From Macrostomum lignano (Eukaryota): a stretch of DNA of 64,000 nt. A program made the position numbers and the translations under genes. A model generated the notes under the pieces. It saw nothing but the letters and a program-made list of their open reading frames with translations. It had not been told where the DNA came from and did no database searches. Location: the NCBI GenBank assembly GCA_002269645.1, contig NIVC01000811.1, positions 62,001 through 126,000 on the forward strand, given 5' to 3'. Shown in pieces: positions 1 to 12,020 of this stretch (the stretch's first letter is position 1; every line of letters starts with the position of its first letter).

Positions 1-2
1 CG

Positions 3-113
3 GTCAAGTCGACGGCCCTGCGCTGGCTGCTGCTGCTGCTGCTGGCAGCGGCTGCTGTCGGCCTCGCCTGCCTCGCCTGCTGCTGGGCCAGCCTGCCTCC
101 GAGAGGCTCCTGA
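3..113 (+). CDS. Possible 3' end of an upstream gene: hydrophobic C-terminal tail (partial)
   Basis: Frame 3 reads VKSTALRWLLLLLLAAAAVGLACLACCWASLPPRGS* (TGA 111-113) with GC-rich codons like the other genes here. No domain is recognisable and the window edge truncates it. Confidence 0.35.
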   Translation, partial: VKSTALRWLLLLLLAAAAVGLACLACCWASLPPRGS

Positions 114-210
114 CCTCACCTGACCTTTGCCTGGCTTTTGTTGGCCTCTGGGGCTCGTCTGTGACCTGGCATGACCTTTGACTGGCGTGACTGACTGACT
201 GATTGGTTGA

Positions 211-414
211 TTGGGCTTGACCTCATATGACCCTTGACTGGCTCATGTTAATTGGGCTTGACCTCATATGACCCTTGACTGGCTCATGTTAATTGGGCTT
301 GACCTCATATGACCTTTGACTTGCTCATGTTAATTGGGCTTGACCTCATATGACCCTTGACTGGCTCATGTTAATTGGGCTTGACCTCATTTGACCTTTG
401 ACTGGCTCATGTTT
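211..414. repeat. 41-bp tandem repeat, ~5 copies
   Basis: Unit TTGGGCTTGACCTCATATGACCCTTGACTGGCTCATGTTAA at 211, 252, 293, 334, 375. Confidence 0.9.
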
Positions 415-2373
415 ATTGAGCTCTGGAGCTCCCCCTCGACCTCAAATGACCTCTCCCTACCAACAGTAGTTCACATGCGAAGCTCATGATCTGAATTGAT
501 CTTGACCTGATTTGACCCTGTCTCTGTCCGACCCCTGACCATCTGTGACCCGCCGCAGCCCCCACAGTGTATTCGAGACTGCAGCGACATTCCACTGCTT
601 AACTTTGGTTTTTACTCAATATTTCTGCAGAAATGTCGCTTTTGAACCAAACCGACAGGTTTTTATCTGTAAAAATTAATTATGATGCACTTTTTAGAAA
701 TATTTTACTGACCTTATTGATATTATTATTTCAATATTTCAAGCTTCTGTTCAAAGAGCCAGTTAAAATTATCAATCATATTTATTTCATTCTCTTCGAT
801 TGGCTCCATTTCTGCTGAAACAGAAATCATTTCATTCGCTTTTTGTCAGCAATTTCTGCTGTGCAAAAATTATTTCGGAAGCTAAAATGCGGTACATACT
901 ACTGCCTTGTTGTTTTAAATCCGAGTTTCTGACCGTGTTTTTAATTAGTAACTTTTTGTGTGCTTTTTGTTTAACCTTGCTAATCTCGATAAACAACACC
1001 AGAAGATTCAGTGCGCACACATTCAAACAAAATTTTGATTTTTACGAAGTACTTGTAGTTGTAATGGATGTCCAAATCCCCAAGGATGTTGAGCTTCTCC
1101 ATCACACACAAAATATACAGCCTCTCTGTTGCTATGGTAACTGAAGCCACAACGAACATGAAATTTGCTTTTACAGGCTTTGTTAGTCACTTGCTATGGA
1201 AGTTACTGATTCAATAGGCTGGTTGCTAAGGTAACCAATAAAGTGTCTCTGCAGTGCTTCTGATTGACGAACTTGAAAGACTTACGGCACAAGTTTTACC
1301 AAAGCTTGCAGTCACACACAAACATGTCGTGCATTGGCGAGATGGGAAGTTTTCAGATTTTTAACACTGAGTGACTGAGTGTCGACTGTCGGGAAATTCT
1401 GTCTTAAAATGTTTGTTCGTGTAATTCTCTATCGCCCTCGGCTGTTTTTCAGTCCCCTCCCTGAGCCTTGTTTTGTTTCTCCCTCTCTCTGTACGTACAT
1501 GGCTAGCGTTCTTCTCTACCCTCAACTATCGATCGGTTAGCACCCCCTCCCCCCAGTCGGCCCTCCTTGGGCTCTTGCGTGTTGAACCCATTTGATTTCT
1601 TATCTCTTCCACTTCCCCTCCCGCCGCCTCTGAAATAAATAATATGCGCTGCACAGAGGTCTGAATCTTAATTCTGGTCCTTTCCTTTTCTATACTAGCA
1701 TCTTCAAATCGAGGTAAGATAAGTATCTTAAGATAAGATAAGTATTTAAGATACTTAAGATAAGTAAGATTTCACAACAATCGAGATCAACCTCGTTCGC
1801 TGCACTATTAAAAAGCTTAGATCGACTAGTTTATCAGCTCATTTTATCTGCATTCGTCTGCTCGTCTTCGGGGGTCCGCTGAGCTTATTCGCTTCGTCAG
1901 CTCTGAGTTTTGGTCATCCATTTTCAGTCTTCTCAGCAGGATATGCGTCTGCTCGGATCTGGTCTCTTCATTTGTCTTGTTTCGCTGGATTTCGTGCTGG
2001 ACGGTCTCAGCTTCTCTTCGTGGTCAAGGCTTCAGACTCCGCGTTCACTCAGGACTCAGGACTCAGGACGGACTGGGCAGCAACCTGAAGAAGAAATCGA
2101 TTCCTCCTAAAGCTAAGTTTTCGTTTGGAGCTGTTTTCATTTTACTGTGCTGTTCAAGTTTCAAATCATTTATTGATGCCTTTCTACTCATTGCATTTGC
2201 TAAATTACATTCGCTTTTGCTAAAACACCCGTATAGATGTTCACTCTGCCATTTTGCTTGCGGGTTCCTCATACAGATAAACTTCCCTTTGCTGTGCATG
2301 GGTCCTATTGCACTCCCCTCTGAACTCTCTATTTCTTGCTGTGTGGTTGCTGCTCGTTGCTGCTCGTTGCTGC

Positions 2374-2792
2374 TAGGGAATACGAAATCCCGAGTTTTGC
2401 CAATCCCGGGATTCTTGGGATATCCCGGACTTTGCCAATCCCCGGAACCCGGGATTAAAAAAGTTTCCAATCTTTGTTGGTGCAATTTTTGTTTACGAAG
2501 CCATGTAATCTGATTTTAAAGGGTAATTTCAGTAATAAAGTAAAACATAATATCAATAAAATATTTTGATAACAAGAAACTGCCAGTGAGCTCTGAATTG
2601 GAGTGTGATGTACGGTCTACGGACTGGCGTATTAGACGTGCTTTTTTACATGCCAGTATCAGCTCAGGAAAATCACACTTGATTGTGATTAGGGGTCCGG
2701 GATTTACCGGGATCCCGGCTTTTTGTTAGTGTTCGGGATCCCGGGATTATGGGTCCGGGATCCCGGTAAACACGGGATTGGAATTCACACTT
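2374..2792. mobile_element. Degenerate non-autonomous TIR element (hAT-like MITE)
   Basis: Left end TAGGGAATACGAAATCCCG, right end (rc) AAGTGTGAATTCCAATCCCG. ATCCCGG/CCGGGAT motifs cluster near both ends. No convincing TSD. Confidence 0.4.
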
Positions 2793-3344
2793 TGCAGAAG
2801 TGAATATTTTTCGTCTTGTAGTTAGCACTTAACAGTTTTGAGAGAATTTTTGCATCCTGAGAATGAAGTTATAGAATGAAGGACAGTAGAAATATCAATC
2901 AACTGTATCAAGCACTACTAGTCACTAGACTAAGGGTCTAGTCTAGACTCTAACTGTCTAAGTGGCGATGGCTTAACTGTCTAAGAAGCGATGGCCTGGA
3001 CACTGGGCCCACTGGCCCGGGCCCCGCCGCAGGGCGCAGGCGCAGCTAAGGAAAGGAAAGGGGGCAGAAAAAGGGGGGTGGGGACTGAGTTCTAAGTCTG
3101 AGCCTCTGTGTATGTGAGGTGGTCTGTGTTGGGGGCAGAGAGAGGCACTAGCGCAGCGTATACACACACAACACAGTCCTTAATCCGAGGGGAGAGTGGT
3201 AGTAGTGGTAGTGGTATGTATAAGCTAGCTATAAGCTATGTATAATCAATGCAGTATAAGCTAGAAATAGAAAGTAGAAACCCAAATGATGCTCAAAATA
3301 GTTTATAAATTTGTTTGCTTGAGGTTTGTCGCTCTTAATGAGCT

Positions 3345-3620
3345 CTTAAAGTCGTACGGGGCTGCTTCAACTTGGCTGGCAAGCAAATAACCTCCCACTC
3401 GGCATGATGCATGTTCCAGTCCCCGCAGACGATGGTTGGCGTGTCGGTGAGTAGCATACTCTGATGTCAGGTATGAAACCGGCGGAGAAGAATGTTGAAG
3501 GTTTTCAACATTCAACCGGTGTTGAAGATCCGAATGGTGTGGTTGGTCGGGTATTCCTTTCCTTTTCTATTCTAAGCATCTTCAAATCATGCCACAAGTT
3601 GTCGAATAGTTATTTTTTCA
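3345..3620 (-). mobile_element. Non-LTR retrotransposon (LINE) AP-endonuclease remnant
   Basis: Minus strand reads TPTIVCGDWNMHHAEW, matching the GDFNAHHxxW motif of LINE APE domains. Upstream TIRIFN fragment is broken by stops and frameshifts. Confidence 0.55.
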
Positions 3621-4264
3621 ACACTAAAAATCTCAAGCATTTCATCTTCTGGACTTCCGAAGTCCTAATGAAGCCAGCGGGTGTTCTTGTCCAGCTAATT
3701 CTTAATCTAATACCACCGGAGACGGGCCAGCAAAATCCGAACCTGCTGCTTTAAATTATATTCTTTAAAATTTTCCGGCTTTGAACGCGTTTGTTGGAAT
3801 GATTAAAACAAAAAGATCAAGCTTTAGAAACAGACTTGCAGTATCGATTTAATGACTTTAGAAAACGGTGAAAACGGTTTTTTCAGTGAAAATTCTGTCC
3901 ATCAGTAGGCTGGATCACGTGACGCTCTGTTGCTGCATTCGCTATGGAGAGCAGCCTCCCTCTCTGCGGCTCTGTGCCATTGTTCTCACGAAGCCCCAAG
4001 CTGCGCCCCTCACCCTGTGCAGCCTCTGCTCGCACTGAGCCAGTTGAATAGAGAGCTTCTATAAGCACATCATTGTTGGCGTGGAAAGATGCAGAATGCT
4101 CAAACCAAACTGCACTGCTGCTAAGGGTGATGAAGCGTTTTTCAAAGTGCTGGCAAGTCTCGAATTATTGAGCTGCAGCAGAGTAATTACCGCTTCACTC
4201 AGCCGGTGTTGCACGCACCGCAAGGCATCATCAGCACCCGCAACACCAGCACACAAAAGGCCCG

Positions 4265-7200
4265 ATGGCTGAGGACGCCGAGCTGCAGGCAGCCACCGAG
4301 CTGACACGCAGCGGCTGGGACGTCAACGCGACCGACTCTGACGGCTGCTCGGCCCTGCACAACGCAGTGCAGCTCGGGAACTGCCGGGCTTCCGAGCGCC
4401 TCATCCAAGCAGCTGCTGACGTCGACCTGCAGATCAGCGCCGGCTCCAGCCCGCTGCACATGGCGGTTCAGCGAGACCATCTCCAGCTGGCGGAGCTGCT
4501 GCTGAGGTCGCAGGCCGATCCCAACCTGCTGGCTGGAGACGGCCAGACGGCCATTCAGATGGCCATCCGAGCTGGCAACGACGACCTGCTGCGGCTGCTG
4601 CTGGCGGCCGGTGCTGACGCGAACTGGCCGACCGGTGAGCCGCCGCTGCTCACCGCCATCTGTCTGGGACGGGCTGAGGCCGCGAGGCTGCTGGTCTCGG
4701 CCGGTGCCGACGCGAGCGTCCGAGCCCGGACAGTGTCCGAGGTCACTGCGCAGGTGCTTCAGACAGAAGAGGCGGAGCAGCTGAAGGAGAGTTTGCCGAT
4801 GCCTGCGATTCTCGCTGCAGCTAGCCTGGGACAGCGGGAGATTCTGGTCCACCTGCTGGCATGTGGAGCCGACTGCGACACGAGAGACGGCAAGGGGGCG
4901 ACCGTTTTGCACCATACGGCTCGCAAGGACGTGGAGATGCTGGCGATCGCTCTGTCCGTTCAGCAGGAGATCGACTGTCTGAATGACAAAGGCTCATCTG
5001 CCCTCCACTTTGCTGAATCGGAAGAAGCAGTAAATCAGCTTCTTTTGTTAGGAGCTGACATCGAAAGTAGAAACATCTTCGGCAATTCGCCACTTGTTGT
5101 GGATGCCAGCGATGGTTGCCTAAATGTAGTGGCAAAGCTGATCAACTGTGGAGCAAGCATCGATCTGCAGACCAAGTATGGCTGGTCACCACTGAATGCT
5201 GCCGCATTCAATGGCCACTTGGAAGTTGTGGCCAAGCTGATCGACTGTGGAGCAAGCATCGATCTGCAGAACAATAATGGCTGGTCACCACTGAACAGTG
5301 CCGCAGACAAAGGCCACTTGCAATTAGTGGCCAAGCTGATCGACTGTGGAGCAAGCATCGATCTGCAGAACAATGGGGGCTGGTCACCACTGAACAATGC
5401 CGCATATGAAGGCCACTTGGAAGTTGTGGCCAAGCTGATCGACTGTGGAGCAAGCATCGATCTGCAGCAAAATGATGGCGGGTCACCACTGAATGTTTCC
5501 GCACAGAATGGCCACTTGGAAGTAGTGGCCAAGCTGATCGACTGTGGAGCAAGCATTGATCTGCAGAACAAAAATGGCGACTCACCACTGTACATTTCCG
5601 CATTCAATGGTCACTTGCAAGTAGTGGCCAAGCTGATCGACTGTGGAGCAAGCATCGATCTGCAGAGCAAGTATGGCTGGTCACCACTGAACATTGCCGC
5701 ACAGAATGGCCACTTGGAAGTAGTGTCCAAGCTGATCGACTGTGGAGCAAGCATCGATCTGCAGCAAAATGATGGCGGGTCACCACTGTACATTGCCGCA
5801 CAGAATGGCCACTTGGAAGTAGTGTCCAAGCTGATCGACTGTGGAGCAAGCATCGATCTGCAGCAAAATGATGGCGTGTCACCACTGAATGTTGCCGCAC
5901 AGAATGGCCACTTGGAAGTAGTGGCCAAGCTGATCGACTGTGAAGCAAGCATCAATCTGCAGAAGAAGAATGGCGTGTCACCACTGCTCGTTGCATCCTT
6001 TCAAGGTCACTTGGAAGTAGTGTCCAAGCTGATCGACTGTGGAGCAAGAATCGATCTGCAGCAAAATGATGCCCGGTCACCACTGTACAGTGCCACATTC
6101 AATGGCCACTTGCAAGTTGTGGCCAAGCTGATCGACTGTGGAGCAAGAATCGATCTGCAGGACAATGATGGCTGGTCACCACTGTACAGTGCCGCAGAGA
6201 AAGACCACTTGCAATTAGTGGCCAAGCTGATCGACTGTGGAGCAAGCATCGATCTGCAGAACAAGAATGGCGACTCACCGCTGAATATTGCAGCATTCCA
6301 AGGGCACATACAAGTAGTGGCCAAGCTGATCGACTGTGGAGCAAGCATCAATCTGCAGAACAATAATGGCTGGTCACCACTGAACAGTGCCGCAGACAAA
6401 GGCCACTTGCAAGTAGTGGCCAAGCTGATCGACTGTGGAGCAAGCATCGATCTGCAGCAAAATGATGGCGGGTCACCACTGAATGTTTCCGCACAGAATG
6501 GCCACTTGGAAGTAGTGGCCAAGCTGATCGACTGTGGAGCAAGCATTGATCTGCAGAACAAAAATGGCGACTCACCACTGTACATTTCCGCATTCAATGG
6601 TCACTTGCAAGTAGTGGCCAAGCTGATCGACTGTGGAGCAAGCATCGATCTGCAGAGCAAGTATGGCTGGTCACCACTGAACATTGCCGCACAGAATGGC
6701 CACTTGGAAGTAGTGTCCAAGCTGATCGACTGTGGAGCAAGCATCGATCTGCAGCAAAATGATGGCGGGTCACCACTGTACATTGCCGCACAGAATGGCC
6801 ACTTGGAAGTAGTGTCCAAGCTGATCGACTGTGGAGCAAGCATCGATCTGCAGCAAAATGATGGCGTGTCACCACTGAATGTTGCCGCACAGAATGGCCA
6901 CTTGGAAGTAGTGGCCAAGCTGATCGACTGTGAAGCAAGCATCAATCTGCAGAAGAAGAATGGCTATTCACCACTGAACATTGCCGCACAGAATGGCCAC
7001 TTGGAAGTAGTGGCCAAGCTGATCGAATGTGAAGCGAGTACCGATCTGCAGAACAATGCTGGCTGGTCACCACTTAACAGTGCCGCATTAAATAACCACT
7101 TGCTAGTAGTGGCCAAGCTGATCGACTGTGGAGCAAGCATCGATCTGCAGAACAATAATGGCTGGTCACCACTGAACAGTGCCGCAGACAAAGGCCACTT

Positions 7201-8486
7201 GCAAGTAGTGGCCAAGCTGATCGACTGTGGAGCAAGCATCGATCTGCAGAACAATAATGGCTGGTCACCACTGAACAGTGCCGCAGACAAAGGCCACTTG
7301 CAATTAGTGGCCAAGCTGATCGACTGTGGAGCAAGCATCGATCTGCAGAACAATGATGGCTGGTCACCACTGAATGTTGCCGCACAGAATGGCCACTTGC
7401 AAGTAGTGGCCAAGCTGATCGACTGTGGAGCAAGCATCGATCTGCAGCAAAATGATGGCTGGTCACCACTGAACATTGCCGCACAGAATGGTCACTTGCA
7501 AGTCGTGGCCAAGCTGATCGACTGTGGAGCAAGCATCGATCTGCAGAACAAGTATGGCTGGTCACCACTGAACATTGCCGCACAGAATGGCCACTTGCAA
7601 GTTGTGGCCAAGCTGATCGACTGTGGAGCAAGCATCGATCTACAGAACAATGAAGGCTGGTCACCACTGTACAGTGCCGTAGTAAGAGGTCACTTGCAAG
7701 TTGTGGCCAAGCTGATCGACTGTGGAGCAAGCATCGATCTGCAGAACAATAATGGCAACTCACCACTTAATGCGGCGGCCCAGAAGGGACATTTTGATGT
7801 TGCCAATAAGCTTATTTGCTGTGGAGCAAATATGCATTTGCAGGATAATTTTGGATTCGCACCACTACACAATGCGGTGCAAGAAGGACACTTGAAAGTG
7901 GTGACCATTTTAGTTGAAAGTGGTGCAGGCATTGGTCTGGAAATTGACAGTTCTGGCGAGTTCATGCCCGAGTCTAAGAATGATTTGTGTTTTCCTGATG
8001 CTTCAGCTGAAGCAGCTCTCTCGGTGAACAATCCAGTGCACCTCGCCGCGGAATTCGACCATCCTGATGTTCTCCAATGTTTAATTAATAATTATAAGAA
8101 CGTGAATAAACTAAGTCGTGTGACCCCACTGCATGTTTCTTGCCTGTGCAATCTTGCTTATATTGCGAAGCAGCTGTTGCGTTCCAGAGCTGATGCAGAA
8201 CTCCGTGATGAAGATGGCTTAACAGCGGCAGACATTGCTGCAATTCGTGGCTCACCTGAGCTTTATTCGGTATTTTGCGACTTATCAAATGATGAGAAAC
8301 CGTCTGAACCTGTATCATTGCTGAATGTGGCTTCTCAGCAGTTACTGACGCACATTCACCTGGTTTGCTGCTTTGGAAATGCAGAGTTCGTGCAAGGCCT
8401 CTGCAGCAAAATGGTCGGAATTCGCGATCCAATTCGCGTGCCTGTTTTAGACTTCAAGTAAGTTTAGTAACCTACTCCAAACTTAG

Positions 8487-8574
<88 letters not shown>

Positions 8575-10722
8575 CAGTCAGTCAACTTCATTCCCACAGC
8601 GAGTCCGAGTTCTCAAAGCGGCTCCACGAGTCCCTCAGCAGCTCAGGATTCACCCGCATCAACGCGGCTGTTCAGAGCGGCACTGCGGCTGCCTTGGAAA
8701 AGATTCTGAGACAGAGTCTGGGCAGCCAATGCTTTTTGGTCGGCAGCTTCGCCGATGGCTGGGGCAACTGCCTCACAGGAATCTGCGGTCGGACTGATGC
8801 GGACTCCGACATGGATGTCACTGAGTTTCAGACGGGATTGCAGCTGCACATTGCGGGAAGTGGAGTACACGACGAAATGGAGAGAAAAGTAACGTGCAAA
8901 GAAGTCGAGTTCAGTGACGGTCACATCAAGCACCAAATAGACTGTGAGTTCTTGTCTGACTTCATAAAAAGGTACAACTTATGTTAAGTTGTTGATTTAA
9001 AAGTTTGCATGCCACTCCCATCCAACTCATTCAACTGCAGCCTCCAAGCCGAACGTCGCCACCTCTGGCATGACTTTGAGGCCTTCAGTCGACATTGTGA
9101 GAGCCATCCCCTGCTGCTTTTATCCTGAATTCGAAATTTTCCGACCCGGCTACAAGTCGTGCATTCCCGAGGACATTTTATCGGCCATTCGATCTGACAC
9201 CCAGTGCCACGCGGTCGCGGCAGCTCCTCCAGGTCTCGAGGGCCAGTGCATGCGATTTAGCACTACACTCATGGAGAGGGCGCTCATGCACAGTCTCACT
9301 ACACTTCAAGGTCAGCTCTTCGTCATGCTCAAGTACATCATCAAACGAGTGATTGTGAAGCGAGTCAAGGGTCTGAAGACCTACCACGCAAAGAACTTGC
9401 TCCTCTACATGCTGGACAGGACACCGGATGACGAGTGGCGACCGCACAATCTGATCAAGCTGGTGAGACAGTCGCTGCAGCTGCTGCTCGACTCTCTCAC
9501 TGACTCAAACAGCAGTGAGCAGCAGTGCATGCAGCACTTCTTCATGAGAGACGCCGCCATCTACTTGCGCAAGGACCACGAGGGAAAGACGAAGATCAAA
9601 GAAGTTGTGAGTCAAGTGATGGAGGAGCTGCCGCATCTGATGTCGGAGTTTGAGCAGACATTGATGAAGAACTCACCGAGTGTGATCGAATTTCACCCGT
9701 TTCTCATTATGCCGTTAACTGATGAGCTCAGCATTCCTGAATCAGACACAGAGTTCGAGTATCACCAGATCTATGATGCAGTGAAGAGAGCTTTAGAGAT
9801 GCTGAGCAAAGAGATTTCGAGCAGTGATGAAGCGAGTCACGTGCAGCAGCTCGGCTCGCTGCTCAATCGGATTCCAGACTGCGCCAGAACTGCCAGAGAG
9901 AGTCTGAGAGCTCTGATGGGGCTCAGAGAAGGAAAACCGATAGGCTCAGTTGTTGATGCTGCGAGTTCCACCGATGTGAGCAGCGGAATCGCTTGTCCGC
10001 AAAGTGAGGCTGATTCCATGTTCCACTTTAGCGTTGAAGAAGGCAGTGCAGAATACCTCACAGCGAGGCGTGACTTCGTGTGGAAGAGTCTGCTGGAGTC
10101 GGACTCAGCATGGAAGTTCATGTTCGATCCCGACCGAAAGCTGAATTTCCCATTCCTGCCCGACCACATGAGACACATTAAACTGGCATTCCCGTGGCGG
10201 GTGCCCTACAGGAGCTGCGACTGTGTCTTCATCAACTTTCACGCTCTGTACAAGGCGCTCCAACTCGAGGCGAGGAAGCTGAGCGGAGATGATGAAGGAG
10301 TCAACACGTTGCTAGGAGACTTTGGTTCCACCAGACTGGACACTCAGGAGCTGCTGATGATGCTGCATTACTGCAGCGATGAGGCGAAGCTGGTTGAGAT
10401 CATTCACAGCAACAGACAGATGATTGTGGACACTGGACTGGCTGGGCCCGTGCTGAGGATCCTGGATGAGAGGGTGAGTTCTCGCGATTTCTGTCCTGCT
10501 TGACTTTCTCGAATTTCGTCTTGCGCTGAGAAGCCGATGTGAAAATCGAAATTGCAGCCGGCACTGCGCCAGCGATGCGTTCGAGCGACTTGGGCGAAGG
10601 TGGAGGAGCTGAGCAGCCAGAGAGAGCTCTCATCGGCCGAGGAGCGGCTGCGGGTGGAGCTGAGGATGTGGAGAGCGAGGCATTTCCTGTGGGAGAAGGA
10701 GGGGATCGAGTCTGATGATTGA
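4265..10722 (+). CDS. Ankyrin-repeat protein fused to a C-terminal cGAS/Mab-21-like nucleotidyltransferase (cGLR-like), ~2044 aa, 4 exons
   Basis: join(4265..8457, 8600..8943, 9041..10473, 10558..10722) = 6135 nt. All junctions are GT-AG with matching phases (2, 1, 0). NTase motifs: VGS (GS 8742-8747), SDMDV (D8808, D8814), SVDIVRAIPC (D9091). Mab-21 C-lobe motifs: KTYHAKNLLLYMLD, EWRPHNL, QHFF. Exon 4 (PALRQ...ESDD*) is less certain than exons 1-3. Confidence 0.88.
5075..7930 (+). repeat. Coding array of ~29 ankyrin repeats (99-bp / 33-aa unit), ~27 nearly identical in framework
   Basis: Consensus xxGxSPLxxAAxxGHLxVVAKLIDCGASIDLQx. Framework DNA GCCAAGCTGATCGACTGTGGAGCAAGCATCGATCTGCAG recurs every 99 bp. 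Confidence 0.97.
8487..8574. repeat. (GATA)n microsatellite in intron 1 of the ankyrin-cGLR gene
   Basis: Direct read. Confidence 0.97.
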
Positions 10723-11219
10723 CAGGTGAGTGACTGAGGCTGATGATTGACAGGTGAGGGACTGAGGCTGATGATTGACAGGTGAGTGACTGAGGCTGAT
10801 GATTGACAGGTGAGTGACTGAGGCTGGTGAGTGACTGAGGCTGGTGAGTGACTGAGGCTGGTGAGTGACTGAGGCTGATGACTGACAGGTGAGTGACTGA
10901 GGCTGATGATTGACAGGTGAGTGACTGAGGCTGATGATTGACAGGTGAGTGACTGAGGCTGATGATTGACAGGTGAGTGACTGAGGCTGATAATTGACAG
11001 GTGAGTGACTGAGGCTGATGATTGACAGGTGAGTGACTGAGGCTGATGATTGACAGGTGAGTGACTGAGGCTGGTGAGTGACTGAGGCTGGTGAGTGACA
11101 GGTGAGTGACTGAGGCTGATGACTGACAGGTGAGTGACTGAGGCTGATGACTAACAGGTGAGTGACTGAGGCTGATAAGTGACAGGTGAGAGACTGAGGC
11201 TGATGATTGACAGATGAGT
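10713..11219. repeat. 28-bp minisatellite overlapping the cGLR stop codon
   Basis: Unit GATGATTGACAGGTGAGTGACTGAGGCT, with shorter variant units interspersed. Confidence 0.93.
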
Positions 11220-11347
11220 GAATGAAGCAAATTTTTCAGCCTCCCCATTTCCCATTGCAGGCCCAGCCGCACCGCAGCTCAAGGATGTCCGGCTTTGCAG
11301 AATTTTCATCGACTTTTGTGCGCCGCGTCTTTTGCCCGTTTTGCCGA

Positions 11348-11652
11348 GCTGACTGACCCTCAGCTGACTGACCCTCAGCTGACTGACCCCCAGCTGACTG
11401 ACCCTCAGCTGACTGACCCCCAGCTGACTGACCCCAAACTGACTGACCCTCAGCTGACTGACCCCCAGCTGACTGACCCCCAGCTGACTGACCCCCAGCT
11501 GACTGACCCCAGCTGACTGACCCCAGCTGACTGACCTCAGCTGACTGACCCCCAGCTGACTGACCTCAGCCGACTGACCCCCAGCTGACTGACCTCAGCT
11601 GACTGACCCCCAGCTGACTGACCCCAGCTGACTGGCCTCAGCTGACTGACCC
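11348..11652. repeat. 15-bp tandem repeat
   Basis: Unit CAGCTGACTGACCC(C/T), with 13-14-bp variants. Confidence 0.93.
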
Positions 11653-11822
11653 CGCACAGGAACGTACTGCATTGCAGCTTTAAGCCTCAGTGGGGCAGCT
11701 GCAGTACCGCTAAGCTGAAATGCAGTGCAAAATGCAGTGTGCCATGGCTCAGCGATAAGATTTTGTGAGCCTCACCACTTGCTGCAGCTGCCATTCCGCC
11801 TCCATGTCTGTCTTGTGAAGGC

Positions 11823-12020
11823 AGATTCCAAATCCCAGATTCCAAATCCCACATCCCAAATCCCAGATCCCAAATCCTAGATTCCAAATCCCAGATTCCT
11901 AATCCCAGATCCCAAATCCCAGATCCCATATCCCAGACTCCAAATCCCAGATTCCAAATCCCAGATCCCGCATCCCAGATCACAAATCCCAGATCGCAAA
12001 TCCCAGATCCCATATCCCAG
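11823..12020. repeat. 14-bp tandem repeat
   Basis: Unit CCCAGAT(T/C)CCAAAT. Confidence 0.9.

Noticed and set aside
1500-1700. LTR-like segment sharing short words (TATCGATCGGT, AAATAAATA) with 49900-50160
   Set aside because: Similarity too patchy to call by eye; no TG...CA boundaries identified.
3887-4264. Possible upstream extension of the ankyrin gene (NQTALLL, LPLHSA ankyrin-like words)
   Set aside because: Three in-frame stops and only weak similarity. It may be decayed repeats or 5' UTR, and cannot be supported.
5035-8031. Numerous antisense ORFs over the ankyrin array
   Set aside because: Shadows of the repeated sense-strand codons.
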